A stretch of 45,427 bases of DNA from a virus: the IMG/VR virus record IMGVR_UViG_3300045988_099759; one strand, 5' to 3'. The notes below the pieces were generated by a model. It saw only the letters and a program-made list of their open reading frames with translations, did not search any database and was not told the origin of the DNA. This document shows, piece after piece, positions 1-8,090 of the stretch (position 1 is its first letter; each line of letters opens with the position of its first letter). The position numbers were made by a program, and so were the translations under genes.

Positions 1-260
1 GGCGGGGCGCGGCATCTGCTACAGGCGATTATGGCGTGGCATCTGCTACAGGCGAGGAAAGCGTTGCTGCTGCGCTCGGCATTGATAGTAAAGCTAAAGG
101 TGCTTTAGGATGCTGGATTGTGATTGCAGAATGGGAAAGAGACGAGGAATTTAACTGGCATCGTAAAGATGTGCAGTGCTTTAAAGTTGACGGTAAAAAC
201 ATCAAGCCTAACATCTGGTACAAGCTGAAAAACGGCAAGCTTGTGGAGGTCGACGAATGA
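1..260 (+). CDS. 3' part of the DUF7666-like 9-aa-repeat protein gene that starts at 44761 (the gene spans the circular junction; about 290 aa in total)
   Basis: The frame of 44761.. continues through the 54-nt overlap into 1..260 (TGA at 258-260). C-terminus: KGALGCWIVIAEWERDEE...VDGKNIKPNIWYKLKNGKLVEVDE. Confidence 0.8.
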   Translation, partial: RGAASATGDYGVASATGEESVAAALGIDSKAKGALGCWIVIAEWERDEEFNWHRKDVQCFKVDGKNIKPNIWYKLKNGKLVEVDE

Positions 261-484
261 CTAGCTTCTGGGGGCATCAAGATAACCCCTTCCCGCCTGC
301 CGAGCCCCGCCGCCCCCGCTGCCCTGTATGCGGTGAGGATTGCGAAACTATCTACTTTATCCCCTTGAAATTCGGAACGCAAATCATCGGCTGTGATATG
401 TGTTATAACCCCGACGACTTCCCAGACGAGGACGTCCAAGAGGACGACCCCTGGGAAGATTGCCGCTGTATGGAGGACTACTAA
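257..484 (+). CDS. Hypothetical small Cys-rich protein (possible zinc ribbon)
   Basis: 75-aa ORF with an ATGA start/stop overlap with the upstream gene. Cysteine pattern CPVCGEDC...CDMC...CRC. Confidence 0.6.
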   Translation: MTSFWGHQDNPFPPAEPRRPRCPVCGEDCETIYFIPLKFGTQIIGCDMCYNPDDFPDEDVQEDDPWEDCRCMEDY

Positions 485-485
485 A

Positions 486-818
486 ATGACCATTGACGAC
501 ATCAGCGCCCTGAAACAGGCTCACGCACTTTTGAAGGGCCGGCATATTGCCGAGTTCATCCCCACTAGAAAGGGCATCAGCGCTTGCTATTTCAACGCCG
601 TGCAGGCTGCACGGCGCATCTATTCCGAGAGCATCGGCGCATTTGTACCGCTTTTCGCAAAACATGAATACGGCCTGAACAGCACCTATTTTCTGGCAGA
701 CGGTATTCCGATCTACTTCTATGACCTAAAAACCCGCAAGCCATGCACCACTCCGCCGCCAGCTGCCTGCTACCGCATCCACCTCACCACCCCCGACCCG
801 GAAGGAGAAGCAATCTAA
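486..818 (+). CDS. Hypothetical protein
   Basis: ATG at 486 lies directly after the upstream TAA. 110 aa; ends in a TAATG overlap with the erf start. Confidence 0.6.
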   Translation: MTIDDISALKQAHALLKGRHIAEFIPTRKGISACYFNAVQAARRIYSESIGAFVPLFAKHEYGLNSTYFLADGIPIYFYDLKTRKPCTTPPPAACYRIHLTTPDPEGEAI

Positions 819-1429
819 TGAGCATCTATGAAACCCTGTCCAACATTCAAGTGGAACTCAAAGCCCCCAAGAACCTCTACAACTCGTTCGGTAAATATAA
901 GTACCGCAACGCGGAAAGCATTCTCGAGGCCGCCAAGCCTCTTTGCGCCAAGCATGGCTGCACACTGACCGTCTCGGATGAAGTCATTCTCATCGGCAGC
1001 CGGTACTACATCAAGGCCACCACCACAGTGCAGGATAAGGACGGCAACGCCGCCAGCACCACCGCCCTTGCCCGCGAAGATGAAACCAAGAAAGGCATGG
1101 ACGGCGCGCAGATCACCGGCACGGCATCCAGCTACGCCCGCAAATACGCCCTGAACGGCTTGTTCTGCATCGACGACACCAAAGACCCCGACAGCGACGA
1201 ATACCACAACCAGACCGCCGCCGAGCCACAGCGCGACACCAACGCAGCCGCCGCCCGCCTCGCCGCCCGCGCCGAGTGCCAGCGTGCTGTAAAATCCTAC
1301 TGCCAGAAGAACAACGCCGATGAAGCTGACGCGTGGAAACTCATCGCCGACACCATCGGCAAGCCCTCTAAGGACTTCACCGCAGAGGACTGGAAGCAGG
1401 GCCAGCAGATTGCAGAGGCGTGGAAATGA
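818..1429 (+). CDS. erf: ERF-family single-strand annealing (recombination) protein
   Basis: Motifs 'FGKYKYRNAESILEAAKPL' and 'TGTASSYARKYALNGLFCIDD' are typical of the ERF superfamily. The gene clusters with ssb and rusA. Confidence 0.8.
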   Translation: MSIYETLSNIQVELKAPKNLYNSFGKYKYRNAESILEAAKPLCAKHGCTLTVSDEVILIGSRYYIKATTTVQDKDGNAASTTALAREDETKKGMDGAQITGTASSYARKYALNGLFCIDDTKDPDSDEYHNQTAAEPQRDTNAAAARLAARAECQRAVKSYCQKNNADEADAWKLIADTIGKPSKDFTAEDWKQGQQIAEAWK

Positions 1430-1968
1430 AGCAGCAAATAGCCATAAAGGCAGCCGTCGTTATCGGCAACACAATCACGCTGGAATGTTCCCCCGCCGAC
1501 TGCGATAAAGCCCGCGCCGTTATTGACGAGGGAAAGCCCCTTGCCGCCGTCATCGGCACGGCCTCGCAAAAGCGCAGCCTCTCGGCCAACGCTTACGCAT
1601 GGACGCTCATGAACCAGCTTGCCGCCAAAATCAACCGCCCTGTACTGGACATCTACCGTGATTTGATACGCGACATCGGCGGCAGTTCAGCCCTTGTCAC
1701 CCTCCGCGCCGATGCTGCAAAAGCATTCAAAAACGGCTGGGAGAGCAAGGGCGATGGCTGGCAGGTTCATAAGCTCGATGAAATGACCACCCCGCAGGGG
1801 ACGTTCTACAATTTACAATGCTGGTACGGCTCTTCCGTGTTCGACAGTGCCCAGATGCACCGCCTCATTGAACTGATCGTGCAGGAATGCCAGCAGCAGG
1901 GAATCCCCACCATGACCCCAGAAGAAATCGCAAAACTGAAAGGACTGACAGACGATGACCCGCAATGA
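1426..1968 (+). CDS. Hypothetical protein with NinB/Orf-like recombination-mediator features (tentative)
   Basis: ATGA overlap with the erf stop (GTG at 1420 is an alternative start). 'KRSLSANAYAWTLMNQLAAKI' resembles the 'RSLDQN..LW..L' core of lambda NinB-type proteins. Position is erf-X-HNH-ssb. Confidence 0.45.
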   Translation: MKQQIAIKAAVVIGNTITLECSPADCDKARAVIDEGKPLAAVIGTASQKRSLSANAYAWTLMNQLAAKINRPVLDIYRDLIRDIGGSSALVTLRADAAKAFKNGWESKGDGWQVHKLDEMTTPQGTFYNLQCWYGSSVFDSAQMHRLIELIVQECQQQGIPTMTPEEIAKLKGLTDDDPQ

Positions 1969-2278
1969 ATTCGGTGTAAAGCTGGACAAGAACGGTTATG
2001 CGCCGTCACTGTTCGTGCATGAGTCGTTCCGCTGCTATGACTGTGGCCGATTCGGGGACACCGCCCGGCATGAAATCTACGGCGGAAGCCGCCGCAAGGC
2101 CAGCAAGGCGCTGGGTCTCTGGATTAACGTCTGCCCCGCCTGCCACGCCGCCATTCATTCAAGCGGCGACCTGCAAGACCACTACCACAAACAAGGTCAA
2201 ATGCTTGCAGAAGCCTATTACCATTGGAACCACGACGACTTCCTCCGCCGCTTCTACAAAAACTATCTGGAGGACTAA
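1955..2278 (+). CDS. Small HNH-type zinc-finger nuclease-like protein
   Basis: 107 aa. 'CYDCG...RHEIYGGSRRKASK...NVCPACHAAIH' gives the CxxC...H...CxxCH pattern. Confidence 0.55.
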   Translation: MTRNEFGVKLDKNGYAPSLFVHESFRCYDCGRFGDTARHEIYGGSRRKASKALGLWINVCPACHAAIHSSGDLQDHYHKQGQMLAEAYYHWNHDDFLRRFYKNYLED

Positions 2279-2281
2279 CCT

Positions 2282-2722
2282 ATGTTGAATGTTGTTGCTA
2301 TTATTGGCCGCATGGTCAAAGACCCGGAACTCAAAACCACGAACAGCGGAAAGTCCGTCTGCTCCTTCCGCATCGCCAACGATTCCGGCTATAAGGATGC
2401 CAGCGGCCAGAGCCAGACGAACTGGCTGGACGTTACTGCATGGAGCAAGACCGCCGAGTTCGTCTGCAAATACTTCCCCAAAGGCTCCCTCATTGCCATT
2501 GATGGCCGCTTGCAGACGCGCCAGTATCAGGACAAGAACGGCCAGAACCGCACAGCCGTTGAAATCGTGGCCCAGAACGTGAGTTTCTGCGGCAGCAAGG
2601 AAAGTACCAGCCCTGCCCCGCAGAACGCCGCACAGCGCCCCGCAGCCCCATCACAGCGCACGCAGGGCGAACCCGATGCAGACTACGCCCTCATTGAGGA
2701 CGACGGCGATTTGCCGTTCTGA
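2282..2722 (+). CDS. ssb: Single-stranded DNA-binding protein
   Basis: OB-fold SSB N-terminus (MLNVVAIIGRMVKDPELK, NWLDVTAWSKTAEF, GRLQTRQYQDKNGQNRTAVEIVA), a Pro/Gln-rich linker and the acidic tail DDGDLPF. Confidence 0.95.
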   Translation: MLNVVAIIGRMVKDPELKTTNSGKSVCSFRIANDSGYKDASGQSQTNWLDVTAWSKTAEFVCKYFPKGSLIAIDGRLQTRQYQDKNGQNRTAVEIVAQNVSFCGSKESTSPAPQNAAQRPAAPSQRTQGEPDADYALIEDDGDLPF

Positions 2723-2731
2723 GGTGCGGCC

Positions 2732-2965
2732 ATGAATGACGAGAAAGAACGCATCCCCTCCCAGATAGACCGGATTTTAGCCGTGCTGGAATCCGGCGGC
2801 ACGCTTACCGCCCTGGACGCTCTGGAAGATTTCGGGTGCAGCCGCCTTGCCTCCCGCATCACCGACCTCAAACGGAAAGGCTACCCGGTAGCCTCCAGCA
2901 TGGTCACCCGCCGCAACCGCTATGGTCGGCTTTGCCGTGTCGCAGAATACTACTTAGAGGTGTGA
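2732..2965 (+). CDS. Winged-helix DNA-binding protein
   Basis: 77 aa. 'LTALDALEDFGCSRLASRITDLKRKGYPV' fits the small phage wHTH pattern. SD is GAGGTG. Confidence 0.55.
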   Translation: MNDEKERIPSQIDRILAVLESGGTLTALDALEDFGCSRLASRITDLKRKGYPVASSMVTRRNRYGRLCRVAEYYLEV

Positions 2966-2969
2966 CGGT

Positions 2970-3677
2970 ATGGCAAAGGAATACATAAAACTCTGGGATA
3001 GCTACGAAAGCTATTTTGAATCTTACAGTGCCGCTGAGGTGGGGCGTCTGGTGCTTGCGATGATGAAATATAAGTCGCAAGGAGTAGAGCCCGAGTTCAG
3101 CGGGAGTGAAAAGTTCATCTGGCCCGCTATCCGCAGAGATATTGACCTTGACCGTGAATTTACCGAAAAAAAGCAATCCAGTGGCAGAAGCGGTGGCAAG
3201 CAAGCGCAAGCAAGTGCAAGCACTTTGAAGCAAACACAAGCAAAGCCAAGCAAAGCCAAGCAGGAATATAGGAATACAGGAATACAGGAACAAGGAACTA
3301 TAACTACTACTGCTGCTGCGTGCGCGCAAGGCGAGCAATATAACGCAGATTTTGCAGACTGCATCCTGCGCTATGAGCAGAACTGCGGCTCTGTTCCCCG
3401 CGCGGTTGCTGACGCGATAAGTACCGCCCTGCTGAAATTTCCGGCATCGCTTATCTGTCAGGCCATCGACGAAGCCGCCGCCAACAATGCACGCCGGTGG
3501 AGCTATATCTCCAAGATACTTGACCGCTGTGAGCAGCAGGGCATCTGTACCGTTGAAGCCTACCTTGCCGAGAAGGAACGCGCGAAGATCTCACGCACGG
3601 CTACTCGTCAGACTGATACCACAGCCGCGATGGAGCGATTAAAGCAGCTCGCGAAAGGAGTGAACGCTGATGACTGA
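2970..3677 (+). CDS. Replication protein with C-terminal DnaD-like domain (replisome organiser)
   Basis: 235 aa. A low-complexity Q/A/K linker is followed by 'ICQAIDEAAANNARRWSYISKILDRCEQQGICTVEAY', which is typical of DnaD-domain ends. Sits directly after ssb. Confidence 0.6.
   Translation: MAKEYIKLWDSYESYFESYSAAEVGRLVLAMMKYKSQGVEPEFSGSEKFIWPAIRRDIDLDREFTEKKQSSGRSGGKQAQASASTLKQTQAKPSKAKQEYRNTGIQEQGTITTTAAACAQGEQYNADFADCILRYEQNCGSVPRAVADAISTALLKFPASLICQAIDEAAANNARRWSYISKILDRCEQQGICTVEAYLAEKERAKISRTATRQTDTTAAMERLKQLAKGVNADD
3241..3293 (+). repeat. Short tandem repeats inside the DnaD-like gene linker (10 nt x2, 8 nt x3-4)
   Basis: 'caaagccaag' occurs twice (3241-3260), then aggaatat/aggaatac/aggaatac/aggaacaa (3262-3293). 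Confidence 0.8.
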
Positions 3678-4029
3678 ACCGGAAACCGCCGTTTTTCTTC
3701 TGTCCTGTACTAACTACTGGGCAAATCTCATGCGCGGCAAAGACCCCGACGAAATGACAAAAGCCTGGGCCGTTGCACTGAAAGACATACCCTTGCAGGC
3801 AGCCAGAAGCGGTGCGGCCAGCCTTGCCGCCACGCTGAAATTCCCGCCCACCGTTGCCGAACTGCGCACGGCGGCAGAGGAATTTCTCCCGCACAAAATC
3901 GAATCCTTTGACGTCCTGTTTGCCCGCACCTGCCACGAATGCCTGCACTTTGACACGCCGCTCTATCAGAAAATCCAACGCGACGAGGTAAATACGCAGG
4001 AGGCGCTGAAGTTGCATGCCAAAGTATGA
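3670..4029 (+). CDS. Hypothetical protein; possibly a helicase-loader-type partner of the DnaD-like protein (weak)
   Basis: 119-aa ORF overlapping the end of the DnaD-like gene. The functional suggestion rests on position only. Confidence 0.3.
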   Translation: MTEPETAVFLLSCTNYWANLMRGKDPDEMTKAWAVALKDIPLQAARSGAASLAATLKFPPTVAELRTAAEEFLPHKIESFDVLFARTCHECLHFDTPLYQKIQRDEVNTQEALKLHAKV

Positions 4030-4204
4030 AATCATCACCTATTCCCGCTCTACCGGCGACATCACCCACTCCAAGCGCCTATATTCCACACGTTGGAACA
4101 CCGAAGCCGCCCTGCGCACCGCAGGTTACACCCAAAATCCAAACCTGCCGGACATCTGGTACAGCGAGAAATATTACGCGAAAGTAAAGGAGATTGTACC
4201 GTGA
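4016..4204 (+). CDS. Hypothetical protein
   Basis: 62-aa ORF overlapping both neighbours (GTGA overlap with the rusA start). Confidence 0.5.
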   Translation: MPKYEIITYSRSTGDITHSKRLYSTRWNTEAALRTAGYTQNPNLPDIWYSEKYYAKVKEIVP

Positions 4205-4593
4205 TCCAAAAATACATTATCTCCCTGCCCCCTATTACCAAAAAGAACTCCCAGCAAATCCTTACCAACCACCGCACGGGCAAGCCGTTCATCGCCCCAA
4301 GCAGGCAGTACAAGAAGTACGAACAGGCAGCTATGTGGTACCTAACCCCGAAGCCGAAAGCCCCGCTGGCGGGTCACTACCGCGTCGCCACGGTGTTCTA
4401 TATGCCGACCCGCCGCAAAGTAGACCTCACGAACTTAATGGAGGCTGCCCATGACACCCTTGTCGCCGCCAAAATCCTTGCAGACGACAATAACACCATC
4501 ATTGCCAGCGTGGACGGCTCCCGCGTAATGTACGACAAATCCAACCCCCGCACCGAAATTTTTATTGAAGAATTGGAGGATGAGACAACATGA
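4201..4593 (+). CDS. rusA: RusA-family Holliday-junction resolvase
   Basis: GTG start at 4201. 'PPITKKNSQQI...APSRQYKKYE', 'VFYMPTRRKVDLTNLMEAAHDTLVAAKILADDN' and 'PRTEIFIEE' match RusA architecture. Confidence 0.85.
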   Translation: MIQKYIISLPPITKKNSQQILTNHRTGKPFIAPSRQYKKYEQAAMWYLTPKPKAPLAGHYRVATVFYMPTRRKVDLTNLMEAAHDTLVAAKILADDNNTIIASVDGSRVMYDKSNPRTEIFIEELEDETT

Positions 4594-5579
4594 CAGATGA
4601 AGTTTATGAGTACCAGCAGTCCATGCAAGAACAGGCCATGGCCGCACATCGCACGCCTATTTCCCCAACACGCATTGCAAGCGAAGCGGAAAATCACAAA
4701 AAAGACGGCCCATGCCAGACCCTTGTTTTGCCCAACCTGCCAAGCGTGGCGGGACGTGTCAAGTATGCGATGGGCACTATGAATTTGAGCCAGTTCTCCC
4801 AGCGTACCGGCATCAGTGGCAGCTACTTAGGCCAGCTGTGCAGCGGCAAGGCAAAGACACTCAGCGCCTACAACGCAAACCGCATCGCAGGGGCGTCCAG
4901 TATGGGCGTTACTGTCGGCTGGCTGCTGGGTCTGCCAAAGCCGGAGGAAAAGGAACCGCCAACCCCGCCGCCGGAGCCGGAACTGCCGGATATTCCGGAT
5001 TTCTGGGAGCGACTGGAATGGGCTGTCAAAAACAGCGGGAAGACCAGAAACGCTATCAGCTATGAAATGGGCGCAAACACCAATTATATTTCATATTCAC
5101 TCAGAAACAGAAGTGAAATCAGAGCTGACAAGGCCTGCCCATTAGCAAAGGCGCTTGGCGTAGACAAAGAATGGCTTTTTAAGGGAATAGATTTGTATAA
5201 AGGAAAGAAACGAAACGAACGCATTGCGCACTTGATAGAGTCCGTAAAGGATGACATGTTAGCTGAGGGCATAACATATCAGGAAATGGCGAAACGCATT
5301 CGGGTAAATAAAGCCTCTTTGTACTACTGGATAAATGGTAATACGACGCCGAATGCCGCCGGTGTAAAAAAAATCAAGTATTATATCGAAAACTTGTCGC
5401 CCGCAGCAATGGATTTTAAAAAGGCACATGATGATGTTCAAAAAAATGAAAAAGCCAAAGCAAAAAGCGAGAAAATCGTGCAGCGGGTTGAAGGCGTATA
5501 CACGGCTGAAACGCTGGCTGCTATTGTATCAGTCTTAAAAGGAACATACAAAGTGAGTTTAACATTAGAGGAAGTGTAA
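4590..5579 (+). CDS. Protein with three tandem XRE-type helix-turn-helix modules
   Basis: 329 aa. HTH-like segments are 'MNLSQFSQRTGISGSYLGQLCSGK', 'KTRNAISYEMGANTNYISYSLRN' and 'ITYQEMAKRIRVNKASLYYWINGN', separated by a Pro-rich linker. Confidence 0.7.
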   Translation: MTDEVYEYQQSMQEQAMAAHRTPISPTRIASEAENHKKDGPCQTLVLPNLPSVAGRVKYAMGTMNLSQFSQRTGISGSYLGQLCSGKAKTLSAYNANRIAGASSMGVTVGWLLGLPKPEEKEPPTPPPEPELPDIPDFWERLEWAVKNSGKTRNAISYEMGANTNYISYSLRNRSEIRADKACPLAKALGVDKEWLFKGIDLYKGKKRNERIAHLIESVKDDMLAEGITYQEMAKRIRVNKASLYYWINGNTTPNAAGVKKIKYYIENLSPAAMDFKKAHDDVQKNEKAKAKSEKIVQRVEGVYTAETLAAIVSVLKGTYKVSLTLEEV

Positions 5580-5582
5580 CCC

Positions 5583-5912
5583 ATGAAAGCCAGACTTCAT
5601 CCCACCTTGGCCATGCAAAAAGCCATAGACGCTTATGCAGAAGCTAAAATTCAGGGCATCCAGAGTCGTGCGCAGGAGGCTGTAATGAAAGAGCGCAACG
5701 ACATTGCCACCCGCGCCACCTATCTGTGCCTGCTGGCGTGCTATCAGGTCGGTCTTTCTCCCCGCACCCTGAAACGAATTCAGGATGCAATGACCGGCCC
5801 CGTTGCTGATAAATACAACGAGTACCGCAATGACCAGCTTGCCGACCTCTGGGCGCAGGTGACGCTGCAAAGCATCGGCATTGAAGCACCCAAAACAAAG
5901 GAGCCGCTATGA
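5583..5912 (+). CDS. Hypothetical protein
   Basis: 109-aa ORF, tightly packed, with an ATGA overlap with the next gene. Confidence 0.6.
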   Translation: MKARLHPTLAMQKAIDAYAEAKIQGIQSRAQEAVMKERNDIATRATYLCLLACYQVGLSPRTLKRIQDAMTGPVADKYNEYRNDQLADLWAQVTLQSIGIEAPKTKEPL

Positions 5913-6190
5913 CAACAACAAAATTCTGCAAAACCTGCGGGAAAATCATGTGGGATGTCCAGCCCACAAAGCGCTATTGCGATGCCTGCATACGCAAGCG
6001 CAATATCAAAAGCGCGCAGGTATCCTACCAGCGCCGCAAGGATGCCGGTGGTTTGAAAAAAGGCAAGAAACCCGCCGCGCATCCCGCCCTGAAGAAAACC
6101 ATAAAACCCATTGAACAATGTACCCGCGAAGCCGCAGCCCTTGGCCTGACCTATGAGCAGTATGTAGCCCGCGAGCTGGATAAGGAGTGA
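5909..6190 (+). CDS. Hypothetical zinc-ribbon protein
   Basis: 93 aa. 'CKTCG...CDAC' followed by a basic tail. Confidence 0.6.
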   Translation: MTTTKFCKTCGKIMWDVQPTKRYCDACIRKRNIKSAQVSYQRRKDAGGLKKGKKPAAHPALKKTIKPIEQCTREAAALGLTYEQYVARELDKE

Positions 6191-6195
6191 TTGTA

Positions 6196-6411
6196 ATGGG
6201 ATTTGATATTACAGTAAGCCGCTACGATGTGGGCAAATGCCCGCACTGCGGAAAACCTATCAAAGGCACAATCCGTGGCTATGAGTATTCGGTAGGCTAC
6301 GACTGGAAAAGGTTTCTCGAAAAAATCGGATATTATGCGCCCTATGAAATACGCAAGATAGAGCCGGAACGAGATTTTTATGGCAAGGATATGGCGCTAA
6401 CATCCGAATAG
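6196..6411 (+). CDS. Hypothetical CxxC protein ending in TAG, with an open 39-codon in-frame extension
   Basis: ATG at 6196 lies 8 nt after AAGGAG. 'CPHCG' motif. Stop is TAG at 6409-6411; the same frame stays open to TAA at 6529-6531. Confidence 0.6.
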   Translation: MGFDITVSRYDVGKCPHCGKPIKGTIRGYEYSVGYDWKRFLEKIGYYAPYEIRKIEPERDFYGKDMALTSE

Positions 6412-6542
6412 GCGAAAGACCTTGCAGAGTTTGTCAAAGTATACAGACCATACCAATGGGTAAGCATTGGATGGCTTGTCGATCACGCCATAGAAAACGG
6501 AGATTTTGTAGTTATAAACGCAGCTTGGTAAGGAGTGAGACT

Positions 6543-6725
6543 ATGGACGCAGTTGAATATACAAAAACTTTGAGCAGACTGTGCGAAAGTCAAGCCAATT
6601 GTCCTGAATGCCCATTGCACGAAAACTGCGAAGAAGATAACTATGTCTACTGTAACGGAAATGCAAGCGAATACGTGGAAAAGTCTGTTCATATTGTCGA
6701 GCAATGGGCAAGACAACCCCATTAA
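6543..6725 (+). CDS. N-terminal fragment of a Cys-rich protein (paralogue of 8703..9062), interrupted by a frameshift
   Basis: AAGGAG SD. 'MDAVEYTKTLSRLCESQANCPECPL' aligns with 'MDAFQYEIHRAQLCDMYNGICAACPL' of 8703..9062. Confidence 0.6.
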   Translation: MDAVEYTKTLSRLCESQANCPECPLHENCEEDNYVYCNGNASEYVEKSVHIVEQWARQPH

Positions 6726-6903
6726 GACCCGCCAGAGCGAGTTCTTGAAACGGTTTCCAAACGCAAAAACAATGAACGACGTGATTACGATTTGCCCAAA
6801 CGACATCGACAGCACATACAGAAACATGGAATATTGCGACCATAGCTTTTGTGAAGAATGCTGTAAAAAATATTGGAACGAGGAGGTAACCGACAATGAC
6901 TAA
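6721..6903 (+). CDS. C-terminal fragment (+1 frame) of the same Cys-rich protein
   Basis: 'PIKTRQSEFLKRFPNA...ITICPNDIDSTY...CEECCKKYWNEE' aligns with 'PRTRQDALKRYFLDA...INICPKKIDKSY...CEQCKKDYWLEG'. No own SD; the only ATG (6643) lies inside the upstream fragment. Confidence 0.5.
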   Translation: MKTRQSEFLKRFPNAKTMNDVITICPNDIDSTYRNMEYCDHSFCEECCKKYWNEEVTDND

Positions 6904-7486
6904 CATCACAGCCATTCGTCCCAGCGAGCACTTCATGTTTAAAGACTTCGAGTGGGTATGTCTTGACCCTAACCACCCTGACGGCGGTGTGCTGGCTATT
7001 ATGGCAAAGCCATGGGCAAAAGATGTAAAGTTCTGCCCAAGTGATATTTTTGCCGATGAAAAAGGCAACTGGAATAACTACCGCACCAGTAATGTGCGGG
7101 GGATTCTATCTGATTTGGCTAACAGCTCTTTCGAGAGGAAAAGTCTGCTGGCGCATACCGTTGACCTTGTTGCAGACAACGGCGACAGAGCTTATGGAAC
7201 TGTACAGGACTTTGTTTTTATCCTCACCTGTGACGAGTACCGCAAGTACCGTGACTACATCCCGCACTACGACAGCTGGATTTGGACTGCAACACCATGG
7301 TTTTGCGGTTACAAAGATTCCGACACGGGATGCGGCGCGGCTATGGTTCGCGCTGTGGATATTGGTGATCGGCTTGGCTGCGTTGGTGCGTGTCTCAACG
7401 GCGCTGTTGCCGCGGCTTGTATTCTCAATCCAAAATCGCTCAATCTGCGCCAGAGCATGGCATTTGTAGAGGAGGTATCAGAATGA
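6896..7486 (+). CDS. Hypothetical protein, DUF6273-like
   Basis: 196 aa. 'NYRTSNVRGILSDLANSSF...DFVFILTCDEYRKYRDYI...WIWTATPW' fits the remembered DUF6273 pattern. Confidence 0.5.
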   Translation: MTNITAIRPSEHFMFKDFEWVCLDPNHPDGGVLAIMAKPWAKDVKFCPSDIFADEKGNWNNYRTSNVRGILSDLANSSFERKSLLAHTVDLVADNGDRAYGTVQDFVFILTCDEYRKYRDYIPHYDSWIWTATPWFCGYKDSDTGCGAAMVRAVDIGDRLGCVGACLNGAVAAACILNPKSLNLRQSMAFVEEVSE

Positions 7487-7893
7487 ACACAACAATAGGC
7501 TGCCAGATTCCGGGCGCAAGCCATCCGAAAGAACCGGTGCGGCTTGTTGATGCAAACAGCATATTACGTTCAATAGACGTAAACGGTAGCGCCTATGACG
7601 GCAGCGAGTATCAGGCGTACAAGTCTGGTGTTGAATATGTTCGTAGTCTGATAGAGGACGCGCCAGCTATAAAACCAGAATCCATGCGTCATGAAAAAGA
7701 ATGGATAAGCGTTAAAGACAGACTGCCAGCCAAACACGAATGCGTACTTATCTACGATTCTGTTTGTCACAACATTTATATGGCATGGAGAGACGACGAT
7801 TTGGACGTATGGTTCAGTGAGGAATATTTACCAGACTTTGTAAATGTCACTTACTGGATGCCGCTCCCCGTACCCCCGGAGGTGACCCAATGA
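7483..7893 (+). CDS. DUF551-domain protein
   Basis: The C-terminal 'WISVKDRLPAKHECVLIY...VTYWMPLPVPP' is the DUF551 signature. ATGA overlap start. Confidence 0.7.
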   Translation: MNTTIGCQIPGASHPKEPVRLVDANSILRSIDVNGSAYDGSEYQAYKSGVEYVRSLIEDAPAIKPESMRHEKEWISVKDRLPAKHECVLIYDSVCHNIYMAWRDDDLDVWFSEEYLPDFVNVTYWMPLPVPPEVTQ

Positions 7894-8090
7894 CCATCAT
7901 CCTTGTTATCGCCGTCGTCTGTGTTTACGACCTGTGCGGCCTGCTCGCCGTCCTGTACATCAACCACACAGACCGAATGGACACCGTAGACGGCGCAGAC
8001 AACGTTATTGCCCTTGTTTTCTGGCCGCTGCTGGTCGTAACCCGCATCGGCATTGCATGTTATAGAATCATAGGAAGGCTTCTAAAATGA
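7890..8090 (+). CDS. Small hydrophobic membrane protein
   Basis: 66 aa with two predicted TM stretches (IILVIAVVCVYDLCGLLAVLY; VIALVFWPLLVV). Bracketed by 17-bp direct repeats. Confidence 0.6.
   Translation: MTIILVIAVVCVYDLCGLLAVLYINHTDRMDTVDGADNVIALVFWPLLVVTRIGIACYRIIGRLLK

Noticed and set aside
6714-6725. prfB-style programmed +1 frameshift at the break of the split Cys-rich gene.
   Set aside because: The stop codon is not adjacent to the slippery CCC-C (a CAT codon intervenes) and no internal SD-like stimulator lies upstream. Mutation or homopolymer error is the more economical reading, although the observation is still reported.
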